Positions 9,461 through 19,495 of a stretch of 63,649 nucleotides of DNA are shown here, in pieces; positions within the stretch are counted from its first letter, which is position 1; each line of letters starts with the position of its first letter. The notes beneath the pieces were generated by a model. It ran no database searches. It was given only the letters and a program-made list of their open reading frames with translations, and was not told where the DNA came from. The translations under genes were made by a program, and so were the position numbers. Source of the stretch: Promethearchaeota archaeon (GTDB lineage Archaea > Asgardarchaeota > Lokiarchaeia > Sigyniarchaeales > SOKP01); the NCBI GenBank assembly GCA_019057795.1, contig JAHLWS010000063.1, positions 1-63,649 of the forward strand, written 5' to 3'.

Positions 9461-10855
9461 TTAGCTAGGAGCAAAAAAAGCTCACTCCTTTAAGTATGGG
9501 ATGAATTTTGCAAGAAATCATTAATTGACCTCAATATGTTGATTTAAATACTCATTTGCTCTTTTGAAAATAGTGAATAGAGCGTATAAATTTAGGCTTT
9601 ATCCTAATCAAAAACAGAAGGAAATATTGGACAAGACTTTTGGTAGTTGTAGATTTATTTATAACAAGATGCTGGAAGAGAGAAAGAATGTATATCAAGA
9701 ACTAAAGGATGATAAGGACGCTTTTTATGATCATAAATATAAAACCGAAAGACAATACAAGCAAGATCATTCCTTTCTAAAGGAAGTGGATTCAAAAGCA
9801 TTACAATCCGAATGGAGACATCTCAAATCTGCCTATGATAATTTCTTTAAAAATATAAAGAAAGGGATCAAGAAAGGATTTCCAAGATTTAAATCAAAAA
9901 GAGCAAAACAGTCTTATACGACTTATAACATAAATAATAATTGCAAGATCGATTTTGAAAACAAGAAACTAAAACTCCCCAAGATTAAGACTTGGATTAA
10001 ATATAGAGATGATAGAGTATTTATTGAAGATACTAAACACATAACTGTCTCTAAAACGAAGAGTGGAATATATTTTGCTTCAATTTTAATTGAAATCGAA
10101 TCTAATGTAATTCTTAAACAAGTTGTTGAAGAAGATAAAATAATAGGATTTGACATGAGTGCGTCTAAGTTTCTGATAGCCAAAGAACTTAAACTCTCAA
10201 GTCCCCGATTTTATAGAAAGGAAGAGTCTAAACTTAAAGGATTTCATAGAGAAGCGTCCAGAAAGGAGAAAGGCTCAAGTAATCGAAATAGAGCAAGAAT
10301 TAATTTAGCTAGACTTTATGAGAAAATTGAGAATCGAAAAAGGGATTGGATTCATAAGATTACTCATCTTTTATCCAAACATTTTGATTGCGTGATTTTG
10401 GAAAATCTAAATATTAGAGGAATGCAACGATTTAATTCTGGGCTGTCTAAGTCCGTGAGCTTGGATTTTTCTTGGAATCAATTCGTGACAATTTTGAAAT
10501 ATAAAATGGAACAAAAAGGAAAGCATTTAATTTTAGTCGATCGTTATTTTCCCAGCTCTAAGCTCTGTTCTGAATGTGGATACAGAAAAGAAGCCTTAGA
10601 ATTAAGCGAACGTGAATGGGTTTGCCCAAAATGTCAAGTCTATCACGATAGGGACGTAAACGCTTCCGTAAATCTTAGAACCGAAGGAATAAGACGCCTA
10701 AAAGAAAAAAATATCAAGATCGTTAACAACGATGAAACTACCGTAGGGACTACGGTCGATGCGTTTGGAGAGAATGTGAGCCTATTGGATCGAGAGATTC
10801 AAGAGCAATTCTCGATGAATTACGAATCCACTACTTTTAAGTAGTGGTAGTTCAA
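9461..10855 (+). mobile_element. IS200/IS605-family element carrying only tnpB, with IS608-like ends
   Basis: TTAC target at 9457-9460; left end with AAAG (9477-9480) and an imperfect hairpin to 9511; right end GAAT-CCACTAC-TTTTAA-GTAGTGG-TAGT-TCAA (10824-10855). Confidence 0.85.
9564..10844 (+). CDS. tnpB: RNA-guided endonuclease TnpB
   Basis: AYKFRLYP HTH, GFPRFK, RuvC triad GFD / LEN / DRDVNA, zinc finger CSEC..CPKC. Confidence 0.95.
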   Translation: MKIVNRAYKFRLYPNQKQKEILDKTFGSCRFIYNKMLEERKNVYQELKDDKDAFYDHKYKTERQYKQDHSFLKEVDSKALQSEWRHLKSAYDNFFKNIKKGIKKGFPRFKSKRAKQSYTTYNINNNCKIDFENKKLKLPKIKTWIKYRDDRVFIEDTKHITVSKTKSGIYFASILIEIESNVILKQVVEEDKIIGFDMSASKFLIAKELKLSSPRFYRKEESKLKGFHREASRKEKGSSNRNRARINLARLYEKIENRKRDWIHKITHLLSKHFDCVILENLNIRGMQRFNSGLSKSVSLDFSWNQFVTILKYKMEQKGKHLILVDRYFPSSKLCSECGYRKEALELSEREWVCPKCQVYHDRDVNASVNLRTEGIRRLKEKNIKIVNNDETTVGTTVDAFGENVSLLDREIQEQFSMNYESTTFK

Positions 10856-10875
10856 TCCCATTTCATCCCTATTAA
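10700..10875 (+). ncRNA. Predicted TnpB omega/reRNA; 5' boundary approximate, guide from flank 10856 onward
   Basis: Established TnpB biology: the scaffold overlaps the tnpB 3' end and right end. The right-end hairpin is seen directly. Confidence 0.6.
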
Positions 10876-11157
10876 GTTATAACTATCAGATACACCTATT
10901 AAGACTTCAATTTGAATGCGATAACCTTCAATTTGATTAAATGGCATAAAATATTTATAGATTTCCATAAAAGCATCTTCTGCTTTTTCCTTCTCAGTAT
11001 AAATTAAATGATATTGCTTCATACCATCAGTTCCGGCGGCAGTATTGAAAACACGCCATTTTTTCACATATGGTACTTTTCTCGGCTGTTTAAAATACAA
11101 TTTCGCTACTTCAATTGATTGGTGATTGGGATAATTTACAGCTACCATATAGATCAT
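10852..11157 (-). CDS. Small hypothetical protein (paralog of 7700-8005); stop codon supplied by the IS right end
   Basis: SD GAGGTGA upstream. The TGA stop is the reverse complement of TCA at 10852-10854, inside the IS end. Confidence 0.8.
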   Translation of the reverse strand: MIYMVAVNYPNHQSIEVAKLYFKQPRKVPYVKKWRVFNTAAGTDGMKQYHLIYTEKEKAEDAFMEIYKYFMPFNQIEGYRIQIEVLIGVSDSYNLIGMKWD

Positions 11158-11249
11158 TCTTTTTTCACCTCATTAATAAAGTTCAAATGTTTTGAATTTC
11201 AAAACAATGCTTATTTATTCTTAATTATTATTTAAATTTTTCCATTTTT

Positions 11250-11501
11250 GTCAAAAAAAAGATTATTTTATTTGGAAGTTTCTCCGGGGGAGATTATCAT
11301 GAAAATATTGATATAGATTTAATTATTATAGGTAATTTTAGTAAAAGGTTTTATGATAGAATCGGAAAAATACTAGATTTAGTCCCAAGCGATTAATATA
11401 TTGAACCTTTAGTTTATACTAAAGAAGAATTTAACAAATTGAATGAAAATGGTAATCATTTTATTTTAACTGCGAAATCTGATGTATTGAACTTGATTTA
11501 G
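11250..11501 (+). pseudogene. Minimal nucleotidyltransferase (MNT) remnant
   Basis: KIILFGSFSGGDYHENIDIDLIIIG...VPSD*YIEPLVYTKEEF; internal TAA at 11394-11396 and no start codon. Confidence 0.8.
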
Positions 11502-11504
11502 TAG

Positions 11505-12050
11505 TTATTCGTTCTCATTAGATGCCTTATACATTTCTAAAGCTAATTTAGAAAATGCATCGTCTACTTTAGTGCCAAGTTTCGCGCTTGTTTCATAATA
11601 TTCGCGAGCTGTCAATGCTTGTTTGAGGTTATTGGTATCTTCAAGTTTAATAACTCTATTTTCATAATTTAGCAAATCAAGCTTGTTCCCTACTAAAATA
11701 TTTGGTTGCACGCCTATTTTACTCTCTACTTCTTCTTTCCATGTTAGTAAATTATCGAAAGTTTCTCTACGCGTTAAATCGAAAGTATATACAATTCCTT
11801 TCGCACCTTTATAAAACGCGTATCTAACCCATCTAAAACGAGGTTGTCCAGCTAAATCCCATACTTGTAATGTCAATACATTCTGAACATTTGGTATTTT
11901 GACATATTTCACAAAAAAGTTAGAACCAATCGTTCTTTGGGCGTCTGGAACAAACCTTCTCTTTAGATATTGATTTAGCAGAGTAGTTTTTCCTACTTCA
12001 GAATCTCCGACAATACAAACTTTATAAAATAACTTGTTGTACACAACCAT
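11505..12050 (-). CDS. Rab-like small GTPase
   Basis: GDSEVGKT, TIG, WDLAGQ, NKLD, ETSAK; no C-terminal Cys. Confidence 0.95.
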   Translation of the reverse strand: MVVYNKLFYKVCIVGDSEVGKTTLLNQYLKRRFVPDAQRTIGSNFFVKYVKIPNVQNVLTLQVWDLAGQPRFRWVRYAFYKGAKGIVYTFDLTRRETFDNLLTWKEEVESKIGVQPNILVGNKLDLLNYENRVIKLEDTNNLKQALTAREYYETSAKLGTKVDDAFSKLALEMYKASNENE

Positions 12051-12193
12051 TTTTGACTTGCTTAACAGATATGCCTAATTTTAATTGTGATATAAAGTTT
12101 ATAATTTTATATTTAAGCATAAATTTATTTTAAGAGTAAGTTTTTATTTTAAATAGAATAAAGTAATTAATCAACAAACTTCGACTTTTTACA

Positions 12194-13450
12194 ATGAGTA
12201 AGGATTTAAAAAATTTAATAGAGATGGCTGAAGAGGACGAAAAAACTCGAGCTCAGTTGGAAGAAAATGTTGAAACCCTGAAGCGCGAGATCGCTAAGTT
12301 AAATAAAAAGTTAAAAGAGAAAACGTCTTTAGTCAAAATTGATTCTGTGAAGCCTGCTGAAGAATTTAAAGAATCTGAAGAAATATATATTTTAAAAGGT
12401 TTAATAGCTTCACAGAAGCAAGAGCTAACAAGAAAAATTAGGGAGAATGAGACCCTACAACAGAAGATGGAAGAAGTAAATCTCGAATTAGAAAATTTCA
12501 GAGAGACTCTTACTGATTCTGTTAAAGACCAAGTTTTAATAAAAACTCAAAATTCGCTTAATAATCTGATTGAAGATTACGGTAGGTTGGAGGGTAATAT
12601 TAAATCGTTAAACGAAAAAATCTCTGAATTAGAGAAAGAAAATAAACTACTGACTGAAAGCTCAACGAATTTAAAAGCTGAAAGCTCTAATGTGGAACAT
12701 CTGGAAACGGAAATATACAGACTAAAAAATCAACTAAACGATTTTGAAAGAAGTAAAAAATTACTCGAAGATAACATTCATACATTAAAAAGCAAGCAAA
12801 GTTCAGTTATTGAATTAGAGAAAGCTTTAGAGAGCTTAGAGAACAGAAATATAGAATTAAAAGAAGAAACACAACAATTAAAAAAAGAAATAAAAGCCGC
12901 AAAGACAGAGCTATTTAAATTTTCCATAAAAGAAGAGAGAGTATCCGATTTAAAGAATAAAATCGAAGAGCTAAAAAAAGAAAACATAAATCTTAAAGAA
13001 AAAGATACGCTTTTGTTAGCTAAAACTATAACTGCGATAAATGTGCAACAAAAAAAACACACACCAGTTTTAAAAGATATATCATCAAAAACAGAAAAAG
13101 TTTCAGAAGTTGATTTAGAAGTAAAGCAAGAAATAAAGCAAGAGAAGGCAAAAGAACAATCAAAAGTTTTACTACAAAAGCCAGAAATAAAAAGCGATTT
13201 GATTACAACTGATATTAAGACGGATTTGAGCCAAACTTCAGAAACTGAAGAATTAGGGATTAAGGACGAGATACCAATAGAATCGTCTGAGGAAATAGTT
13301 ATACGCAAAAAAAAGTGTCCAAATTGTGGAAATACTAATAAAGCGCAAATTCGTGAAGTTGACGATAAAACCAGAATAATATACACTTATCCAAAGATAT
13401 ACGCTAAAATGTATAAATGCGGTCAATGCGGAGCGGAATGGCGAAAATAA
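12194..13450 (+). CDS. Long coiled-coil protein with C-terminal zinc ribbon
   Basis: About 280 aa of E/K/L heptads followed by CPNC..CGQC. Confidence 0.85.
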   Translation: MSKDLKNLIEMAEEDEKTRAQLEENVETLKREIAKLNKKLKEKTSLVKIDSVKPAEEFKESEEIYILKGLIASQKQELTRKIRENETLQQKMEEVNLELENFRETLTDSVKDQVLIKTQNSLNNLIEDYGRLEGNIKSLNEKISELEKENKLLTESSTNLKAESSNVEHLETEIYRLKNQLNDFERSKKLLEDNIHTLKSKQSSVIELEKALESLENRNIELKEETQQLKKEIKAAKTELFKFSIKEERVSDLKNKIEELKKENINLKEKDTLLLAKTITAINVQQKKHTPVLKDISSKTEKVSEVDLEVKQEIKQEKAKEQSKVLLQKPEIKSDLITTDIKTDLSQTSETEELGIKDEIPIESSEEIVIRKKKCPNCGNTNKAQIREVDDKTRIIYTYPKIYAKMYKCGQCGAEWRK

Positions 13451-13496
13451 TAAGCGATTGTTTAGAGTAAAAATTAAAAATTTATATCACTAATCT

Positions 13497-13970
13497 TTAA
13501 GACTTAAATTGTCGAGTAAAATTCTTGATTTCGTCTGAATGAAGCTCTTTTTTAATATCTTTTTTAGTTATTGCAAGCGTTGATACAGGTGTCTTCTCGC
13601 ATAATTTTGCCATGCTTTCAAAAGTTTCAGGTCCACCCCTACCACCCATTGCACAAAAAAAAGCTACGCTTTTAAATCGGTTTTTATTTTCAGTAATATA
13701 TGTTCTTATTGCAGGAGTCATTCTCTTGTTCCAAATAGGAGTTCCGAGAATAACTGCGTCGTATAATTTAGGATCTTTCTGGATTGTTTTAATAATTGTC
13801 AATTTTTCCCTTGTAGCAGCAAAACCTGATTTTAAAAAGCCAATAATAAATCCTTTTCGCTTTTTAGTATCAATAATTTCTTCATATTCACAGTTCATCT
13901 CTGTCGAAATCAATTCAGCAATTTTTTTAGTTGTACCTGTTCTTGAATAAAATACCAATAAACATTTCAT
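13497..13970 (-). CDS. Flavodoxin-family protein
   Basis: YSRTGTT, GTPIW. Confidence 0.9.
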   Translation of the reverse strand: MKCLLVFYSRTGTTKKIAELISTEMNCEYEEIIDTKKRKGFIIGFLKSGFAATREKLTIIKTIQKDPKLYDAVILGTPIWNKRMTPAIRTYITENKNRFKSVAFFCAMGGRGGPETFESMAKLCEKTPVSTLAITKKDIKKELHSDEIKNFTRQFKS

Positions 13971-14071
13971 AATAAATGATTTAATTCTCTAAAAATATAA
14001 AATTATTGGTAATAATTAACAAAATCAGTCTTTTTTTTTCATATGAAAAATTCTTAACCTAAGTTCTCTTT

Positions 14072-14632
14072 TTATTTCGGATGCAACCTAATAATTGTAA
14101 TCGTATTCAACATATTTGAGAAATCGGTGGTTTCTGGATCGTCAATTTTCGGATTCCAACCGAAAAGCATTTTTGCTGACCTTCCGTGGTTTGTCACGTA
14201 CCATTTCATAACATTGAGCTTTTGATCCTCATCAGTTACATATTCTAATTGTGGTTGGAAACGGTGGAAGCCGTGTCTTACCGATATAGCATCTGGATAA
14301 ACACGCATATTTTTCATCCACCCAGCCTCTTCTCCTCTACTAGAGAAGATCGTTATAGCGCCTTCAATCCAATGGTATTCTAATGGTGTCCTCCTTTTTT
14401 TTCCAGTTATTCTTCCTTTTGTCGTCAGAACGAGAAATATTCTCCCAAAGCCAATAAGTGGGAAAATTCTTAGTCGGTATAAAGGAAGGACTAGAAATTT
14501 ATTTGCAATTCTCCACTTTCTAAGCGTTTTTTTCCTAATATTCTCATCTTCGTGATTTAAATTATAAAGCGGAGAACCTGGTCTTGGTAAAAGTTCTTCT
14601 TCGTTTGATTTAACCTTTTTTGAGGGCATCAA
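14072..14632 (-). CDS. Deazaflavin (F420)-dependent nitroreductase-family protein
   Basis: LTTKGRITGKKRRTPL and WMKN motifs. Confidence 0.8.
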   Translation of the reverse strand: MMPSKKVKSNEEELLPRPGSPLYNLNHEDENIRKKTLRKWRIANKFLVLPLYRLRIFPLIGFGRIFLVLTTKGRITGKKRRTPLEYHWIEGAITIFSSRGEEAGWMKNMRVYPDAISVRHGFHRFQPQLEYVTDEDQKLNVMKWYVTNHGRSAKMLFGWNPKIDDPETTDFSNMLNTITIIRLHPK

Positions 14633-14850
14633 TCTTGTTCCTCCAAATAATATATGGTGTTCATTATTATAAATATAATTTAAAATTTTAAAATACTAAA
14701 GTTCTGAGTTTGGATAGTATAAAATTTATAACTAATAGAAGAAAAAGTTAAAAGTTTTTTATTCTTATTAATAACTCTTTAAAACGATTTATAGTTATTG
14801 TTAAATAAATATTAAAGATTTTTAAATGATGTAGTTTTTACAAACTAGCA

Positions 14851-15870
14851 ATGATTTTAATTTCAATTCTATTCTTGATAATAGGCTTTATAGGGCTGAC
14901 CATAGGATCAAAATTCATAATAATCGGACTCGAAAATATTGCCGATCGCTTACATATTAGTCATATAATGGTGGGTCTCACGATTTTAGCGATTGGGACC
15001 AGTTTACCTGAAATTGCCGTGAGCGTAATGGGCGGTTTTGATAAGCTTTTAGGTATAGATCCAAATATTGATGGAATAGTCATTGGAAATAAAGTAGGTT
15101 CTTTTTTAATTCAAATCACTTTAATTATTGGAATTTTAGCTTTGACCCAGCCGCTCATCGTTAGTAAGTGGGAATTGAGAAGAGAAGGTCCTATGCTTTT
15201 CATCTCTCTATTGATTTTTCTTATTTTTTCCCTTGATGGAATTATTACTCAATTTGAAGCGCTATTAATGATAATTTCATATTTCTTATACCTCATATTA
15301 ATAATCTGGAGCGAAACGCGTTTGGCAAAAACTAAACCGGAAGTTCGCTTTGCTGATAAAGAACGCCTAGATCCTATGAGTTTTGACGCAATTGAGAGCC
15401 CTCACAAAACAAAGTCCCTTTTTAAAGATATAAGTTTTACTTTAATTGGTCTTCTAATTTTATTAGTCGCAGCAGAATTCACATTACTCTCTTCTCACGA
15501 TTTAGCGAGGGAGTTTAACATTCCCGAAAATGTAATAGGAATATTAATCGTAGGCTTTGGCACAAGTTTGCCAGAACTAGTAGCTGATTTAACAGCTATA
15601 AGGAGAGGGTCTTATGGAATCGCTATCGGTGATATATTAGGCTCCAATATATGTGATATCTTATTAGCTACAGGTTCAGGAGCAATAATAATTAGTTTTA
15701 ACGTTCCAATGGTAATTCTGATTTTCGATCTTCCTGTTCTCTTTTTAGCGTTATCAATTACGTTATATCTACTATGGACCCACAAAACTTTGAAAAAATG
15801 GGAAGGAGCGTTCTTAATTGGTTTTTATGGCATCTATGTAATCGTAAAATTATTATTCTTTCAAATTTAA
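14851..15870 (+). CDS. Na+/Ca2+ exchanger (YrbG/CaCA family)
   Basis: Two GTSLPE alpha repeats, GDILGSN. Confidence 0.95.
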   Translation: MILISILFLIIGFIGLTIGSKFIIIGLENIADRLHISHIMVGLTILAIGTSLPEIAVSVMGGFDKLLGIDPNIDGIVIGNKVGSFLIQITLIIGILALTQPLIVSKWELRREGPMLFISLLIFLIFSLDGIITQFEALLMIISYFLYLILIIWSETRLAKTKPEVRFADKERLDPMSFDAIESPHKTKSLFKDISFTLIGLLILLVAAEFTLLSSHDLAREFNIPENVIGILIVGFGTSLPELVADLTAIRRGSYGIAIGDILGSNICDILLATGSGAIIISFNVPMVILIFDLPVLFLALSITLYLLWTHKTLKKWEGAFLIGFYGIYVIVKLLFFQI

Positions 15871-16057
15871 AGGGCAATTGTTAGCAACTATAGCTTTTAA
15901 TATTTTAAATTTAAACAAATTATCGATTTACTTAAAATACACAAAAATTATATTATTGTTTATCTAAATGATATTATTTAAGAAAATAAAAAACTGGGGA
16001 TAAAAAATTCAAATAGAGCAGCAACAAAATTCAGAATGGGAAAAACGCACTTTAAAC

Positions 16058-18397
16058 ATGAAACAAAAAGTAATTAGGCAATCTCATGAAATTTGTATCG
16101 AGAGAGCTATATTAATTACAGAATCTTATAGAAAAACAAAAAGAGATTTTCCTGTAATTCGATTTGCAAAAGCTATCAAACATATCTTGCAAAATATGAC
16201 GATTAAAATTTGGGATGATGAAGTGATTGTAGGGAACCGGTGTTCAAAATTAGTAGGGACTCCATTATATCCTGAAATTAGAGTGGATACTTTAGAGCAA
16301 GATTGTGACTCTTACGATACACGTCCAGTCCAACCACTTTTCTTGTCCGATGAAGATAGACAAATTTTAAAGGATGATATCATTCCGTATTGGAAAAATG
16401 AGGAACAAACAGTTCAAGATAGGTATTATAGTTATTTGAATGATGATGAAAAAACCCTTCTGGAAAGATTACTATTTATTGTGGATGCGGAACTTGTAAA
16501 TGGTGTGGGTCATTTTTTCCCGGGTCATGAAAATGTTTTAAAGTATGGAATCAACGGCTTAATTCAAAAAGCAAAAGAAAAATTAAAAGGTCTAACAGAA
16601 TTAAAATCAGAAGAAATTGATAAAAAAATGTTTTTTGAATCCATTATTATTGTATGTAATGGAATAAAAGAATTTATTAAGAGATTTTCAAAATTAGCTA
16701 ATACTTTGGCAACAAATGAGCCAAATCTAGAACGCCAAAGAGAACTTTTGGAAATATCTGAAGCATGTTATAATATCTCCGAACATCCACCAAATTCGTT
16801 TAATGAAGCATTACAACTCATTTATTTTACACATCTAATATGCGGTTTAGAGGATGGTGGTTTCGCAATAAGTATAGGGCGTTTAGACCAATATTTATAT
16901 CCGTATTATGGTAAAGATAAGATGGAAGGAAGGATTTCGCCAGAAAAAGCCCAGTTTTTAATTGAAGCTTTTTACATAAAACATGCAAGCTTATGGAACT
17001 ATCTGCCTACTAAAGGTGTTGTAGCTTCAGAAGGACCACCAATTGCTGCAAATTTAACTATCGGGGGGGTTGATGATAATGGAAACGACGTAACAAATGA
17101 GTTGACTTTTATATTATTAGAGGCATACACTAATCTTAAGACTGTACAACCAACATTTTCTATTAGAATCCATAAGAAAACACCAGAAGATTTTCTTGTT
17201 AAAGTTAGTGAAAGTATAAAATCAGGTACCAGTATTGCTTTATTTAATGATGACGTAATAATTAGCGGACTTATCAATCGTGGTTTTACTCTTGAAGATG
17301 CTCGAGAATATGCCTTGGTGGGATGTGTGGAACCGCAACATCCACATAAATCATTTGGGTCAACCAATTCGAATGTAATAAATATTGTAAAATGCTTAGA
17401 ATTGGCACTAAACTCAGGAATTGACATGTTTACTAGAAGGAAATATGGAGTAACTAAGGAAACAAAAATTATGTCTTATGAAGATTTATGGGACGCTTTT
17501 GCAGAAGAAATGAAATATTTTATTAGACATATGGTTTTAATTATGAACTCCCTTGATAAAGCAACGGCTGAACTTGCTCCACAGCCATTCTTATCTGCAA
17601 TTACTGATGATTGTATTGAAAAAGCACTAGATATTACAAAAGGAGGTGCTATTTACAACTTTACGGGGCCCCAGTTAATTGGTTTAGCTACAGTAGCAGA
17701 TAGCCTCGCTGTAATTAAGAAGCTGGTGTTTGAAGAAAAAATACTTCCTTTTGAAGTTTTAGTTGAAATGCTAAAAAAAAATTACAGAGGGTCTTATCAA
17801 GGAAAAAAAGGAGAGGAATGGAGGCAAACCTTTATTAATAAAGTTCCAAAATTTGGAAATGATATTGATTTTGTTGATTCAATCGCGGCAGATGTAGTAA
17901 AATTATATTGCGATGAAATTTCGAAGTATAAAAATTATCGTGGGGGAAAATTCAATCCTGGACTTTATTCGACTTCTTATCACCTAGCATTGGGGTTTTT
18001 TACAGCGGCATCAGCTGATGGTAGAAAATCAAGAGAAGTCCTCTCTAATGGGGTTGGTCCTACCCATGGTAATGATAAGAACGGGCCTACTGCCATTCTT
18101 AATTCAGTTAAAAAACTAAATAATGAATTATTAACTAATGGTAATTCTCTAATATTAGCATTTCACCCAAATACAATAAAGCCTGATATTTTTATACCTA
18201 TGATTCGATCATTTTTTGTACCTCACGGTGGTCAACAAGTACAATTTAATGTTGTTGGCAAAGATATACTATGTAATGCTCAAGAAAATCCTGATAATTA
18301 CCGCGGACTAGTCGTAAGGATTGCAGGTTATTCAGTTTTATTTACAGAATTATCTAAAAATGCCCAAGATGAAATCATTGCTCGAACTCAATTTTAA
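16058..18397 (+). CDS. Glycyl radical enzyme (PflD/eliminase-like); start may be at about 16007
   Basis: GRLDQYL, single-Cys GCVEP loop, C-terminal VRIAGY. Confidence 0.92.
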   Translation: MKQKVIRQSHEICIERAILITESYRKTKRDFPVIRFAKAIKHILQNMTIKIWDDEVIVGNRCSKLVGTPLYPEIRVDTLEQDCDSYDTRPVQPLFLSDEDRQILKDDIIPYWKNEEQTVQDRYYSYLNDDEKTLLERLLFIVDAELVNGVGHFFPGHENVLKYGINGLIQKAKEKLKGLTELKSEEIDKKMFFESIIIVCNGIKEFIKRFSKLANTLATNEPNLERQRELLEISEACYNISEHPPNSFNEALQLIYFTHLICGLEDGGFAISIGRLDQYLYPYYGKDKMEGRISPEKAQFLIEAFYIKHASLWNYLPTKGVVASEGPPIAANLTIGGVDDNGNDVTNELTFILLEAYTNLKTVQPTFSIRIHKKTPEDFLVKVSESIKSGTSIALFNDDVIISGLINRGFTLEDAREYALVGCVEPQHPHKSFGSTNSNVINIVKCLELALNSGIDMFTRRKYGVTKETKIMSYEDLWDAFAEEMKYFIRHMVLIMNSLDKATAELAPQPFLSAITDDCIEKALDITKGGAIYNFTGPQLIGLATVADSLAVIKKLVFEEKILPFEVLVEMLKKNYRGSYQGKKGEEWRQTFINKVPKFGNDIDFVDSIAADVVKLYCDEISKYKNYRGGKFNPGLYSTSYHLALGFFTAASADGRKSREVLSNGVGPTHGNDKNGPTAILNSVKKLNNELLTNGNSLILAFHPNTIKPDIFIPMIRSFFVPHGGQQVQFNVVGKDILCNAQENPDNYRGLVVRIAGYSVLFTELSKNAQDEIIARTQF

Positions 18398-18521
18398 ATG
18401 CAATTTTTTAAATTCTTTAAGCAAAAGTAATATTATAATTGGAACCATCTTTATAATCATTTAAATATAGTTTGAAATCTATTATTCGTGTTATAAAATA
18501 TTTATAGGGTGCAATATTAAA

Positions 18522-19418
18522 ATGTCATTTTTCGAAATATTTCCCGCTTTTGTTGGTTATATCATGTGTGGATTGGCAATTATTCACGCATTATTTGATG
18601 CGCGCGAAAACCGTGTACAACGATTATTAATGTTAATAACTTTATTCGCTTTTGGATTCTTGTTGGAATATATGGGTGTTACTACTGGGAATTATGTATA
18701 CGCTGCGGAGGCTGTCATGATTTTGGGGCATATTCCCTTATCAGTTACTTTTGCGTGGGTAGGGATTATTTATAGTGCTATGATAATTGGCGAACGTTTA
18801 AAGCTTTCTTTATGGCAACGAATACTTACCACTACTTTAATAGCCCTTAGTTTAGATTGGGGTATGGACCCAATTGCTGTTGAATTAGGAATGTGGACTT
18901 GGTCGTATACAGGTGGAGACTATTTTGGCGTTCCGGGGTTTAATTTTATTGGTTGGTTTTTCATTCCAATCGCTTATTTAATACCATATGGGTTAAACCG
19001 GAATAAAGAGAGCAAGAAATTTCAATTATTAACGATTAATGAAATAGATGAAAATAACTCCTTAGGGCGAAAATTATATACATGCTTGGTGGTAGTCCCT
19101 ATAGCAATTGGTATCCTATTCGTTGTAGGGACGATTTGTAGAATAGAATTTATATATGACTTGCATTGGATAATTCTATTGATTTGGATGATTTTTACCG
19201 TCGTATTTGCTGCAGGAACGATCGTAAGGAAGAATGAAAACTTAAAACATACTAAATGGTTTGACCTAATCCCGCCAACGATTCTATTATTTATCGCTTA
19301 TTTCCACATGATTTTTAGTCTCGCTTTCGGTCTTTTCCATTTGAGTTTACTTATGTTTTTCACAACGATTCCCTTGCTGCTTGCATTTATTTTCACGCTA
19401 AGAAAGAAACGAAATTAA
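18522..19418 (+). CDS. CruF-like carotenoid-biosynthesis-family membrane protein
   Basis: EYMGVTTG.Y.Y, IP, D..MDP.AV..G.W.W, FGVP..NF.GW. Confidence 0.8.
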   Translation: MSFFEIFPAFVGYIMCGLAIIHALFDARENRVQRLLMLITLFAFGFLLEYMGVTTGNYVYAAEAVMILGHIPLSVTFAWVGIIYSAMIIGERLKLSLWQRILTTTLIALSLDWGMDPIAVELGMWTWSYTGGDYFGVPGFNFIGWFFIPIAYLIPYGLNRNKESKKFQLLTINEIDENNSLGRKLYTCLVVVPIAIGILFVVGTICRIEFIYDLHWIILLIWMIFTVVFAAGTIVRKNENLKHTKWFDLIPPTILLFIAYFHMIFSLAFGLFHLSLLMFFTTIPLLLAFIFTLRKKRN

Positions 19419-19495
19419 TAAGCAATGATTCTAAAACTTTTTTTTATGAGTTTTTATTAATACGATCATTATCTGATTTATAAGAAAAGCAAGAA

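Noticed and set aside
12778-13386. Long antisense ORFs (also 16999-17427, 38769-39116, 54607-54972, 55214-55573, 59602-59934 and similar)
   Set aside because: Shadows of well-supported genes on the opposite strand, with no motifs.
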